DNA of 63,462 nt, filler included, from Intoshia linei (GCA_001642005.1; 9 parts of 9 records of this genome joined end to end with filler, not necessarily neighbours in it), one strand, 5' to 3'. Counted from the first letter of the whole stretch, positions 1 to 13,535 are shown. Notes: generated from the letters alone by a model not told the origin. Translations and numbers: made by a program.

Positions 1-78
1 GATACCATATTATACCTACAAACCATATTACAAAAAAATTAAAAATATTATATGATGTTGACACCGGAGAATATTTTT

Positions 79-375
79 TTATGAGAACAAATAGAATATA
101 ATTGTAAAGTAAGGAAGAGTAAAGAAAAATGTATCGTTTTTTTTAAAAATATCTATAGTTTTTGTATGGGTTTGGAGCTCACTACAGAACAAAAATTCTT
201 CCTTAAATCTATTAGATTTAATATATCTAACAAAAACCATCAATTGACAACCTGCACTCACATCAGTTGATTCAACTTGAATAGAAAATAATGGCGAACT
301 TTTTATTTCTTTTAATACCTGTTCTTTTACATCTAAAGACATGTCTAATATACGTCTTTCTATAGTGTTATCAAT
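79..375 (-). mobile_element. hAT (Buster/Charlie, ZBED5/SCAND3-like) transposase remnant, probably within a TUBGCP3 intron
   Basis: Translates DNTIERRILDMSLDVKEQVLKEIKSSPLFSIQVESTDVS...QLMVFVRYI...EEFLFCSEL, matching the S-N-T-RRI / DESTD / LLVFVRY / EEFLFC signature of Buster-type transposases. It is truncated and the catalytic D is missing. Confidence 0.85.
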
Positions 376-741
376 TCTAATTCTATATCTTCTTTTAATG
401 TTTTGGATTTATACTGGTTGCAATTTTTTAACAGTTTTTTTTAATCCAATGATATTTAATCCGGATTTAACATATAGGACAAATTTCTGATGCGACCACT
501 CTAAATAATGATATGATCCGTAAAAACATGACAATTAAATATACCTCATCGGTTTTACACTTTCAATTTATTTGAGCCATAAAATACTCTGAAGAACATT
601 CCTGTTTGTTGGTAGTTTGTGTTGTTGAAATGTTAATTTATAATAATTGCCTATCGCAAAGTTACATTGTAATTTCTTCTACTAACCATTCTATATTTTA
701 TTAAAAAAGTAAATTCATTTTGTAATTATTTTATATTTTAG

Positions 742-1387
742 AATTGACAGTATTGCTAAATTGTATTAGTATTGTCACTTATCAAATGAGCACATTTATA
801 CAACACTTGCAATATTATTTTAACTTTGAGGTATATCATTAATTAGTTAATTAATTAATTATTATTGGTAGATTTTGGAATGCCTTTGGGTTGTCATGCT
901 TAAAAACGTAGAAAATTCTAAAGATTTAGACGACGTTATTAGTTCACAGAATACGTTTGTCAATAGTATAATAAAAATGTCTGGTTTGGATGACAAAGTA
1001 AAAATAATGAGTAAAATAATGAATGAAATTTCAGATTTTTTATTCTAAAATTAACCAAATTTGCGAAGAAATAATTGAATATGAAAAACTACTTTCAAAC
1101 TTTTCTAAAGAAATTGAAAAATATGAAAAAACCCAAAGCAAAGTAATGAAAATTTAATATGTTTCTAAAACTCTTTAGGAATTTCTCAATGTTCTTTCAG
1201 ACGTCTATTTCAAAATTATAATATTCCATAAGTCCTTTAAGGTATGTAATTTTTTCTTTATCATAAAAATATGTATAATATTTAGACAAATACTTGTTCA
1301 TTTTTGGATGTTTTATCTACCAGAGAAAATTTAACCAATTTGAAATTCCGATTTGAATTTAATGAAAACTATGATTTTGTTGATTAA
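742..1387 (+). CDS. TUBGCP3: Gamma-tubulin complex component 3, last five exons (5' part lies outside the window)
   Basis: Spliced translation ELTVLLNCISIVTYQMSTFIQHLQYYFNFE|ILECLWVVMLKNVENSKDLDDVISSQNTFV...NLKFRFEFNENYDFVD* aligns with GCP3 motifs QMQYYITFEVLECSW..AQDLDHII and LSFRLDFNEHY. Introns are GT-AG, about 36-44 nt. Confidence 0.88.
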
Positions 1388-1441
1388 TTATGTAAATTTA
1401 TCAGTTATCTTGAATGTACAAATTAAACTTTTATGATTTTA

Positions 1442-4400
1442 TTAAAATTTAATAGTTGACATGATTATTTTAGGTATTTGGATTGGTATAGTTTTATGAC
1501 TGACAAGATTAAGGCAAATATGAACACTATTATGAGACAGATTACTATAATAATGGCAACTTTTTTGGTGTATGTTTCTGATAATGGACTGTTTCGAACT
1601 AGTTGAGTTTATATATATATATATTAAGTTTCATAAACCTTCACAAAATGTGCCACTATACCGTTCTGTACAACTACATATTGCAGTGTTGTTGAAAGAA
1701 GAACATGTACCATTGTTTCGGCAAATTATGTTTATGCAAACGTCTGCTAGTTTTTCTAAGTTAAGATTTTTATACGCTAAATATTATAATCTATTAAATT
1801 ACCATTACAGTACTGACCATCGTATCCTTCATTACAGTTACATTTAAAAGACAAGAATGATTGTGTATTACTGCATGTTCCATTGTTGCAGTTTATATCA
1901 AAACATCCAGTAGTGTCTAAAAGTATTCAGTTGAGATTAATTGATAAATGTTAATCATAGGAAATTAAATTGGACTTACATTGGCATAATGATCCGAATG
2001 TATTTTTCGGACATGAACATTTGAATGAGGTTAAATCGTTTATACACGTTGCATTATTTTTACAAGAATTGTTCCAGCAATAATTAACTTCTAAATGATG
2101 ATATCATAAACATATTCCTGCGTTTATAAGATGGTATATTATTATTTATATTTATTAGATCAGTGGTTTTCACTTTTTTAAGTAATGTACTCATGCTAAA
2201 TGTAACAAAGTCGTCCACTTGAACCTCTGGGTCAAAAAAATTTAATATTAATTAAGTATTATCGAAATAGGTTGAAATTGTTATATTTTAAGGGTCCATG
2301 AGATTTATCTATTGTAGAGGGTTTCCTTAGAGTTGTTGGACTAAAAAAATTCTAAATACTTTTCGTCTATTCGCTAGTATATTCAATAATTTATTAATAT
2401 ATTCATGAATTCATTAAATTTTTTTATATACTGAATTCTGCGAGACAGGGTTGCGAATATTGTTTCAATATCAGTAAATTATTTTTTCGAGATTTACCGG
2501 TAATTTAAAATATTTTTTAAAGTATTCTAACTTGCACTGAAATTGAATTCTTTAAATTTTTAATTTCAAGCTGAAAAAATAAAAAATGTTTATCATTTTG
2601 ACGATTCGAGACAATGTTTTGACGTCACATCAATGTTTTTTTTTGATTCTGATCTATTGGTGATAATTTTTATTGTGTATGTATGATGTGAAATTATTTT
2701 TATCTATTCTTAATGAATTTTTAATCATAAAAGTAATTAAATTGTCCATTATACCTAAATTTTATTTAAAGATGATTTAAACTATTCTTAAAAAAGTAAT
2801 GACCGGTAATGAAAATGTGGGTAAAATTAAAACACTAGTTGCGAATCACAACTCTATCTCAACCAGTAAACTTTATAAACCAACAATTAAATATACCTTT
2901 ACAAATTTTTCCATAGTATGGAGGTTTACAGAGACATGTGTATTTGACATTTTGCATGTCGACTAAGTTATTTTCAATGTTTGTAATGCACTCACCAGTA
3001 TTCGCGCATGGGTTCGGATCACAATAATTTTTATCTGTATAAAAATTATTTAAAAATAAAAATCAAAGATATATTACATTTACAATAAACACCCATATAG
3101 CCTGTATTGCATTTGCATTCATAAGATCCATGATTATTTTTACATGTACTGTTTTCACTGCATTCATTTTGTGCATTTAGACACTCGTCGACATCTAAAT
3201 TAAATAAGTTATATTTCATCTAGTTCAAAGTATATTTAATGAGTGCTGTGATTATTAAAAGTTTTTTCAGCGTTTTACCCGTGTTTGAGTAAAAACACTT
3301 CCCGCCACCCATCGAAGAATTATTTTTAGCCGTATGTATTATATGATAGAACACAGATGGGAAAGCGTTTAGTGTTGGAAGACAACACTTAAATATATAA
3401 TAAAAGATAAATTTAAACTATCCCGGTAAATGTAGAATTAAATCCACAAATAGGACAAGATAGTAGACAGGGGTTATACAATCATGCCACGGCCACTGGA
3501 CGGGACTATTCTAAACTAATGCGTGACTATAAGGATCTGTTGTGCGAAATTTCGTGGTGGGCCAAATTTTTTTACGAATAAAATAATAAATCAAAATCCA
3601 ATAATATAAAAATGAAAAAAAGCTTGATAAACAATAGTTTAAATCAGGCTACGGCAACCTTTTGCATCTCGTGGGCCACTTTTTTATATCAAACAATTAT
3701 ATGGGCGCTGTTTTTGAAAATTTACACATGATAGATATAAATTTTAACTGAAAAGAAACGTTTCTAGTATATTCAACAAAATAAAATCCAGGGAAATCTG
3801 AAAATTCAGTATTAAAATGATTATAATGAGCCAATTATAAATTCATAAAAATCTCATAAATTCCAGAAAAAATAAAATTATAAAAACCTATTTTATCATT
3901 TTCAATGTGATGACATATATTCAGTACCAATTTAATAAATACTTAAAAATACCAATTGTGTATCAATAATTAATAGAATCTTCACTTTATAAATATTTGA
4001 GTCGAATTTTACCATTATTGGAAAGGATTGTAATATAAAAATGATATTAACAAAGTTTTTTTAATTTCGGATTTTTCGGATTGAAATTTTCTGTGTGTGT
4101 TAACAGAATACAACTGTAAAACCTGTAAATTTGTTGAAATTCTAGGGCTGTTTTCATTAAAAAAAGAAGGGTAATTTGGGATTTTGGCCCTGAAGATATA
4201 ATTTTTTTAAATTTAAATTTATGGTAATGTTTATTATTTTAAAATCCGTATCAGCGTATATATTTTTTTAAATTCTCGAACTGGTTTGATTTTCAAAAAG
4301 AGGGACAACGGGGGTTTTTGACCCGTAAGATGTGAAATTGGGAGGTTGAAATTAATCATATTATACGTCCCGGAAAAAACTGTAATTGAAATGTGGTCTT

Positions 4401-7112
4401 TAAAACATTCTAAGAGTGGTAGTCATTTCATTAAAGTCACACACACAGACACAAACAAAAATCGCGTAGCCTTTTATATAAGTTAATATATTTTAAGTAA
4501 AATATTGTAATTATTTTGCTGTAAATAGAAAACGTTAGAACACTTTTGTCGCATATTTTTTTCAATTTTTTTTTTGCCAAATTATAAAAAATATATACAG
4601 AATTTTAAAAATTTAAAATTCGTTGAAATCAATAAATAAAATATAATATAAAACTAAATGAAATTTTAATCTAATTTTTTGAATACTACAGTAATATTGT
4701 AATTCATGATTCCAACGAATTTTAAATTTTTGAAATTCTGTATATATTTCAATTTAATGTAGGTAATCTAACGTTTTGTCGGGGTGTATATAAAAATATA
4801 AAAAATGGTAATAAAAATAAGCTTTACTTTTTATAAGATTGAATATTATTAAACGATGAAGACTCTTAGAGCAGGGGTTATCAACGGTGGACGAATCGCC
4901 CCCTTGTGGCGATTTTTCTATTATATTTAACAAAATACATAATCTAATAAAAAATTTTTAAGGTCACAAATTATTCTTTGTGATTTGATTAAAATATTGA
5001 AGTCCTTTCCTTAAATTTCATAGCTAAAATAACATACAAAAGTATCACAAATTTTTTAAGATAATTATTGATTATATGGGTCGATTTTTTTAAAAAATTT
5101 AGTAACAGTAACAACTTGTTACTAATAGGTAATTCAAACCATTTACTATAGTAAATTTATCAGTCTAAAAATATTTAATTTTTATTTTAAATTATGGAAG
5201 GGGCAATTCTAAAAAAAGGTGTAATCCTTGCCTAGAATATAAAAATCCAAATTATAAGACTATTTTTCCTGTGATCCGATTAACATTAATGTCAATTTCT
5301 GAAATTTACATCTTCCCTCTCAAAAATGGATATGACCATTTTTGCAAATCTTTAATTTTAAATTAAAACTAAACTGCATAATTTTTTACTCAGGATTCTA
5401 AATATAGGTTTTTATCTCTAAAATTAAATATACGTGTAAATTAAATTTATATACATATATAATATTTGAAGATAAAATAAATTTTTAAATTGGCCAATTT
5501 TATAGTGGCTCCAAGGGTATGGAATATTTATATCATTGACTATTTTTGTCTACTGTTAGATTTTGATAAAACCTAATCTCATTAATAAAGATTTACCTGT
5601 TTTAATTTATAAATTATATTTTTACCTTGTCTACAAAAACTTCCGAAATATCCAGTAGAGCATTTACAAACACCATTCTGAAAGTTACCATTAATACAAC
5701 TAGCTAAATTTAAATGAAATAATTATGAAATGTAATATTTACAATCCAAAGTTAATTTAGAAGAAATAGATGGAAGTCCACAATAGAAACTGTTTAGTTT
5801 AAGCAAACCAAAATTAAAAGTGTATTTATTATGTTGATCTGAAAATGTGTCCTAGAAAAAATATTAAATTCATTCACATTCACATTCAATAATTTTTATT
5901 ATTTTGTTAATACTATTCGTGAAATTAACATGGCTAAAAATTAATGAAATGTAATTACGAATTACCAAACAATAAACCCATTCTTGATAATTAGAATCTG
6001 GGCGATATAAAATTGTGTAAGACTTTTGATTGGAAATTTCACTTTCAATGACTTTATGAGAAACCAAATCTTGTAATTTAAATGATTCCACACAGAAATA
6101 TGTTGAATTGTAAATGCCCACTAAAATAAAATGTAAAATTGATAATTGTAATGTTACATTCATAATTCGTTTTACATGCTTTTAAATTTAGAGATAAATT
6201 GGATATGGTGGCTTCTATAATGAAATTTTAAAAAAAATAAAATTTTATTACCAGATTTTTGTTTATCACAAAATTTGTCGTTTTTAGGAATAATGTCGAA
6301 AGTTAAGTGGTATTTTTTAGGTATAAAGGCACATTTATTGTAATCTCCACCAGCTAACAATTTATTGAGACCGGAGGCTAAATTTTTTAAAATATAATTG
6401 GAGTCATAAATTACTGTCCAGTAAGGCGAAAGGGTAAATTGTACCATCGAGTAAACTTTTTAAGCATAATTTGGCGTCATTGTATGTTACTAAAGAAATT
6501 TAAAATGTTGAAATTTCTATTATGTATCAGTTTTTTAGTTACCAAAATTATCAGTAATCAAAGCTACATTTTCTTTAATTTTGATTCTTTGACATCTTTG
6601 ATAAGTTTCGTCCAAATATCTTTTAAAAATAAAATAATGTACATTATCTGCAAATTCTGCATGCCCCATACAAATATAAGTGGCTAAATTGAAAATACGG
6701 TTAAAATATATTATTCACAAATTTATTTACTATTTTCTAAAAGTTTATAGTTTTTAATGGAAGAATATCCTGTTGTATCATATTGTCTATATACTTTTTC
6801 TTTTTGAAAATAACCCATAAACCAATGTCTGTTTTTCAGTTTGGATGGGATTTGAGGTGCAACTATTTACATGAAAACACATTTAACTAGTTATAACCTT
6901 GATTGCTTAATTTATCGTAGACATGGTCTACCCAATTATCATATTTTTCAGGTGTAGGATTTTCAAGTTCTATGAATTACAAATTAATAAATATACAACA
7001 ACAAAAAACTTTGAACATTAGAATATATCTAAATATACGTTTAATTTTTTTAAGTCTATATTACCTGTGCAAAGATGAACCCAAAAAATTGAATTAATGT
7101 TAAATACTTCAT
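1442..7112 (-). CDS. Single-pass membrane protein: signal peptide, unassigned Cys-containing N-terminal ectodomain, about six EGF repeats (one Ca-binding), TM helix, short tail
   Basis: Starts MKYLTLIQFFGFIFAQ|gt at 7112. EGF exons: SCINGNFQNGVCKCSTGYFGSFC (~5626-5703), DVDECLNAQNECSENSTCKNNHGSYECKCNTGYMGVYC (~3078-3195), YCDPNPCANTGEC...CLCKPPYYGKNC (~2898-3035), CWNNSCKNNATCINDLTSFKCSCPKNTFGSLC (~1980-2090), and two more at ~1803-1916 and ~1639-1756. TM segment VAIIIVICLIIVFIFALILSVI precedes the stop at 1442. Confidence 0.8.
3890..4484 (-). mobile_element. Non-autonomous Helitron-family fragment (5' part with TG-rich microsatellite) inside an EGF-gene intron
   Basis: Near-identical blocks occur at 32820-32990, 25560-25900 and 28610-29130. 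The minus-strand start is aacttatataaaaggctacgcgatttttgtttgtgtctgtgtgtg. Confidence 0.7.
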
Positions 7113-8138
7113 AATATTAAATTAATGAACTTTTCTTGGAACATCAAACTAAGCAGATGTATCAAATAATATTAATTTATCTAAGGTAAATTTATTTAAC
7201 CATTTATAAAAGGCAGATGTATTATTCTTCTCTTTAAAGTAGCACCACATGAAAACAAACAAGTACAAGTTGCTAACTTGCCCAATATTTTCAATGATGC
7301 CATATAATTAAATTTTTAAAATTTTTTACATCTACTAATTACGTCACATTACATGATCTATGGTCATGTTTAATTTTTTATTTATCAATGTATTTTGACG
7401 ACTTGTATTTAAATTTAATAAATAATTGAATTTTAATCAATTTTTCTCAAAGTGGAAATTGTGGATATCTGCAACTGAAAATTTGGATTATACTAAAAAT
7501 TATGTATTTATGTTGTATTATCAGATATATAACTGCAATTGACTGAAGATGCAAATTTTAGTTAATTATAAGTTATAATACAATTCATGAGATTGTATCC
7601 GTCTGGACTCTCTATACTACTCTGCATAAACTATTAAAATTTGTGTTTAAAATACATAGACAAAGATTCTCTTGAGTATAAAAGGGTAATTTCGGTTTTT
7701 TACCAAATATGCAAATTCTTGAGTTTGAAATTTATCCTGCCTTCATTGTCAGTAAAAATTTGTGTATTTGAAATTTTTTATTTATATATTAACATTTTTA
7801 AAAAATTAAATTTCGGTTTTCTAACGGTTATGCGTGCAGTCACATTTTTAGCAATTTTTACTTTACAGTGACATAAAAAGTCTTGAGCTCTCAATAGATG
7901 TTTTAGAATTTGATTAATATTAACTGAAGTTAATAAGCACCAAAAATGTTGATTATACGATATTTTCGATGAGTAAAGTACATTTTATTCATTTAGTAGG
8001 TATTTAAAAGTAAATGCAAATATTGACATCTTTAGACATCAAAATTTGTCTTTTTGTGGTATTTTTTAAGAATAATCTAAAATTATTATTTAGAATTTGA
8101 AATAAAGTCATATTCATTCTGAAATAACTTTTGGTTGT

Positions 8139-8446
8139 TAGGGTTACCGATATTATTCTCAACCCGAATTTTATTTTGAGCGAAGCGTGTTATTTTTTTT
8201 GGTGGCCTCTTTTTCAAAAAAATACTAACTGTTTACACATAATTTTTATTGCAAATTTCAAAATGACATGTCATATTGAATTTTGTGTGTAATTCGCTTA
8301 TTCATCCAATATAAATAAAATGTCTGATCTGATGATTTTAATTGAAATAATTAAATCACCCTGAGAAATATCACTTAACCCACAACCCTGAGTTGAACTT
8401 GAAAACCCGAAGCCTCAGGGGGAAAATAACGCAATTGGCAACCCTA
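8139..8446. mobile_element. MITE with TAGGGTTRCC termini (second, gap-truncated copy at 25919-26208)
   Basis: Inverted ends tagggttacc...ggcaacccta. The internal sequence (ctcaacccgaattt...gagcgaag, gtaattcgcttattcat, tgtctgatctgatgatttt) recurs at 25940-26205. Confidence 0.65.
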
Positions 8447-9241
8447 GGTTCAGTGTAATTTTCGCATGCGACAATTATTAATGACTATAATTATAATCAG
8501 TACCAAATCCTTTAAGAATTTATTTAATCTTTAATTATTAATTATTAAATTAATTAATTATTAATTTATTATATATAGATAATTCTGTATTTATTAATAT
8601 TATTAATAATAATATATTATTATTAATTAAATTATTAAATCTACACCACGAAACCAAATTAAACCAAGAAATACAGAAATAATAAATGTTTAATAAAAAA
8701 TTTGAATTTTCTATAAAAACCCGGTTATTTTGCCTACACGTAAAAACAAACGTCTAAACATTTCTCTTAATTCAAGTGGCATATCATGGTGCAATTGGCA
8801 ATCGCATATAACTGCATATAAAGGTTTGATGTGGCAAGTAAACTAAATAAAAATGTAAAAAAATAAAAAAAAGTGAACAATTTTATCTGGTAAAAGTAAA
8901 ATGTGGTAACAAATGAGAATAATTATAACTTTCCACCTCTTGCGATGTTCGCAACTAGCAATAGTTGAATAATATTCCAATACTTCAAATAGGGTTCTAA
9001 AATAAGTAAATATACTCCCTCGCAGCAATTTTGTAATTGATATAAACCAATCTAAACTACATGCTTCTTTTTCAATTTTTTATATATTAAACGATTTGGC
9101 AAGATCTTTCATTCATTGATAGAATGAATTAGACTTTCATTGGTATAAAAATCAAAAAAAAATCTGAAAAAAGTCGTAGAAATTGATGTTTTTAATTATT
9201 TTGTTACTTTGAACGTCTCACCAATTTTGCAAAACTATCGA

Positions 9242-9341
9242 NNNNNNNNNNNNNNNNNNNNNNNNNNNNNNNNNNNNNNNNNNNNTTAATTAATTAANNN
9301 NNNNNNNNNNNNNNNNNNNNNNNNNNNNNNNNNNNNNNNNN
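9242..9341. other. Artificial assembly spacer (also at 12096-12195, 26209-26308, 37025-37124, 40236-40335, 53869-53968, 59152-59251, 62046-62145)
   Basis: Identical N44-TTAATTAATTAA-N44 each time; the 12-mer gives stops in all six frames. Confidence 0.97.
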
Positions 9342-9344
9342 ATT

Positions 9345-9730
9345 ATAAGCTTTACGGGCCCATTTATATTCCCCGTATTGACATAAGTTGTGTCATACAA
9401 TTATCTAAATGTTATTTTTGATATTATATTCTTCTAATGTATTAAGTATGGCTTTATGTATTGTTGCACCTTTTCCATTATCTAATGTTTTTAGAGAAAT
9501 ACAATATGATAATCCAATCTCGATATTACTTGACACACAAATAACAAACCGTTCTACATTTTTCTCTAATTTTTGATACTCCATAGTTCGTTTTTCGTCA
9601 AAATAAAGACACAAATCATCGTAAAATAAGTTTAAAATATTTTTAAGTGATGCCTTTCTACAATTCAATTCAATAATTTCGGCTCTATAAAATACCACTT
9701 TTTGAAGGTACATTAATTTCAGTTCCAAAT
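9345..9730 (-). mobile_element. hAT-related DDE transposase remnant
   Basis: LYFDEKR...ERFVICVS...GKGATIHKAILNTLEEYNIKNNI, followed out of frame by YDTTYVNTGNINGPV (FDxK and DTTxxNTG motifs). Same family type as 35950-37020. Confidence 0.7.
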
Positions 9731-11737
9731 TCCATAATTTGTTTTACCGTTCGAACTAAAACATTTACAGATAATGATGCCTTAGCTAATTTGTTACACT
9801 TCACTGACATACTTTTTGAAATTTTATTAATTATGAATATTACATTAATAAATATTAATTAGTTCCAATACTTATGAAAATTCTGCTTCTGAAGAATCGG
9901 ACCATATATCTTTAACACATTGAATTACGTACGTTAAGGCAATTATGCATAATCATAATCTCGAATATTTTTTTTAAATATATACATTAAACGTAAAAAA
10001 AATATATTATAGGTAGTGCGATTCAACCATATTACGTTTTCCGTTAATTACAATTTAATTGTTGGTCAAAATATACCCAAAACCATTAATAATTTCATTA
10101 TCACTTTGAATATAGCAATAATCACATTGTTAATTGCTATTATCACATTACTTGTGGTTATTTTATTGTGTTGCAAAATGTTATCAATTAAGTTAATTAA
10201 GACTTAAGTTATTAACTTATCACATTGAATTTAGTTATTATTACATCGGTTGTAATTATTATCATATTGACAGTGAAATAATATAGTATTAATATAATTT
10301 TTTTATAGTAATTCGTCGTAAATTAGCATTATTTATATTAAAAACAATTTTCGACTATTATCCGACTAAATACGTTAATGTATACAGAATATGCCGCCCA
10401 TTCATGAATGATTTAATATTGGGGAAATTTGACGTTTTTAAAAAGCTTGATAACCCCCGTTTTAATAATAAAATATTATATTTTTATGCTAATACATTAA
10501 TTAATTATTAAAATAGTATAAATATCGTTTCATGCGGATAGATTAGACATAACTGATTTCGATGCCATTAAATTGTTTAAATATAAAAAAAATTCATGGA
10601 TTTTGGTACACTTAATGATGTGTGTATGAAATATAAAAATCTGTCAAAGTTAAAACTTTGAATTGACTTTTTTTTAGTATAAAAACATATTTTGCATGTG
10701 GTGCCTTTTTTGATTTTAAGCATTTATCACCAAATAAAATAAAATCGGTTAACCCTTCAGCTAAAATAAATACAAATTTTGTCTATGAAATAAAACGATA
10801 GCCAATTTGCATTCAAAATAAAAACTTGCCGAACATTCATTTGAGCCACATTATCATAGATTTTGAAGATAATTTTGTGACCAAATTTGATATGGTTTTT
10901 TAAGGGTGGTCTTTTTGACCCAATTTTTAAAATTTTTTAATGATAATTTTGACTGTAATGATTCAATTCAAATTTATATCTACACTTGTAATCTTATCTG
11001 TAAAAACTAAATCTAAGTAAATAATTTATTATTATTGTTAGAAAAATATCTAAGATAAAATTTTTACTTAAATAAAGTAAAATAATTAAAAATGTATTTC
11101 TGTTTATTTATTTTTTCCAGTTTATTTAAGAAAGTAAGGGGAGTCTAGTTTTATAAATTCCATATTTTTATAACCGTTTTTCTAAAGTGATACTTTATTG
11201 CAAATTTTAATTTCTGAAATTGAGTCCTTCAAAGTTAACAACCCCAATTGTTCTTTGTTTTTAAATTTAAAACCGCCCTATAATTATAAAAAATACACAT
11301 TCTAATAAAAAGTTTTAAATTTATCAAAATTATGATAATTTTCAATTTCAAATCATATCTTCACGGCTAAAACCACAAATTCCACTTTTTTATAAAAATT
11401 AAGAAAGTCCTAGAATTTTACATAACATGAATTCTGGGATAGTTTTTAAATTCACAAGCATTATCATGAACGGTAACCTCAAAAAAAGTAATTTTCACGG
11501 TCAAAAACCCAGATTATTTTTTTTTAAAAATATTTACGGATGATAGTTATATCCAGTAAAACACACAAAAATTTTCAATCTGATAAAGTGACGCTTTCAT
11601 GGTCAAAAAAGCGATTTATAGTAAAAACGGCACAACTAAAATAATTATATATACATAGCAATGAAAATACAATTGTATTAATATGATCACAAGTAGAACT
11701 TGAAATAAAATTTACGGTAAGAGGGTATTATAAAAGA

Positions 11738-12095
11738 CTAGCTTGACTGTTATGTACTACGTACAAACATCATTTAGCTCTGCCGAGGGCACATTTTTAT
11801 TATACCAAAAAAATAAATTCATGTTGAAAATTTAACTTAAAAAATCCTACTATTCACTATTATCAATCGTTTAAAGTTCTCAAATTTGTTTCAGGTGGAA
11901 CCATCATATCACATTACTTTTTACTTTAAAGTGAAGTATTCTATCTTAATTTTTTGTTTGTTAACATTTGCGTAAAAAATTTTAAAAACAATTGTTATCC
12001 CATTTTTTTAATTTATTAGACGAATGTATCTATAATATTAGAAATAAAGTAAAAACAGTCTAATCCTATAAATTGTCATAAATAGCATAAATTCC
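11738..12095 (-). mobile_element. Helitron 3' end, truncated by a gap
   Basis: Terminal CTAG at 11738-11741 with the adjacent hairpin. The sequence is collinear with 32431-32790. Confidence 0.75.
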
Positions 12096-13535
12096 NNNNN
12101 NNNNNNNNNNNNNNNNNNNNNNNNNNNNNNNNNNNNNNNTTAATTAATTAANNNNNNNNNNNNNNNNNNNNNNNNNNNNNNNNNNNNNNNNNNNNTTTAT
12201 GACGATTTTTACGATTTTACTGTTTTGACTTTATTTTTAAGATTATACACTCATTCTCTATAATAAATTAAAAAAATGGGATGACAATATTGTTTTTCAA
12301 ATTTTTTACACAAATGTAAACAAAATAAAATTGAATGGGTTAACTTGGGACACTTTAAATTAAAAAATAAGGCAAATAACCGGTCTGTCGTGAAACAAGT
12401 TTGGAACCACCTCTTTAAAGGATTGATAATAATAAATAATAATTGATAATAAGCATTATAAGTAAGATTTTATTAATAAATTTAATTTTTTGGTAGAATT
12501 AAAAAATTCGCCCTCGGAAGAGCTGATGTCTAACTAATTATGCTGTAAATCTTTATTTTTTTTAAAAAAAATTACGTCACTATTGATATTACAATTTTAT
12601 ATTGGAGATAATTTATATCGGAAATTATGATATTATTATAATGGTATTAAGCCACTTTATAGGTGTTTACTCTTCCAAATTAAACTTATGTTAATTTATT
12701 GAGTTATCGATAGAGCTACTATGTCACATACCAAATTTTTGAAGTGCATGCAGTTAATGGCCTATAATATGATAATATTAACCACATGTTATTTATCAAA
12801 AATATTTCAACAACTGTTTTATTTTATCATATTTAAAAGCTATCAATTATAATTTTAGGTAAGAATTTTAGCATGTTTAATCATGACGTTATTTTGTAAA
12901 TAAAGGGATACCATACGTTATTTGTATCAACCGTATCATTAAACCATTGGTTTATATTACTGTACAATGTAAATGAAATATTTTAAATTGTCTCATATTA
13001 TCAATATTATTATATTTCATATTCTAATATTTAGTTGTTGGTATTTATGATTTTTGTTAAAAAACGGTTATAAAAATGAAAAAATGTACAAAAAATAAAA
13101 TTTGGTGCATAATTTTATAATATAGCTATATTAGCTATGTATAGATAATGATATACTAAATATAATCTAGATTATAGACTCTTAAAACAATAAAAATATA
13201 CTATATAAGAAGTAATTATAATAAATCTTAGTATAATTTTATGCTCAAATTGCAAGCCATTAATATTAACGTCTCATTATTATATTCATCTTTCACTTTC
13301 GGTTAAAACTAGATTGTTTCAGTAAACTGTTGATATATTTAGATCATGTTTTTATTTTTATTGTTGAATTTGTTTGGTTAATAGTTGATTCCATTTAGTT
13401 TTATATTAATAACACTTAGTAATTTCCTGTACAATAATGGATATATATTAACAATACTACATATAAATATCTATATAAAATTATTGCAAGTATTGAATAT
13501 TATATATAAATTAATAGTGAAATTAGGCTTTTTCA

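Noticed and set aside
1572-1847. 91-aa plus-strand ORF
   Set aside because: It is the antisense shadow of the minus-strand EGF exons.
9286-9297. Palindromic TTAATTAATTAA motif repeated eight times
   Set aside because: It always sits centred in N runs, so it is a synthetic six-frame stop linker and not biology.
7440-13000. Possible upstream PDE3 exons (e.g. ~7450-7640, ~10390-10610, ~12660-12780)
   Set aside because: There are short open stretches but no recognisable homology, and they are separated by assembly spacers, so I cannot support them.
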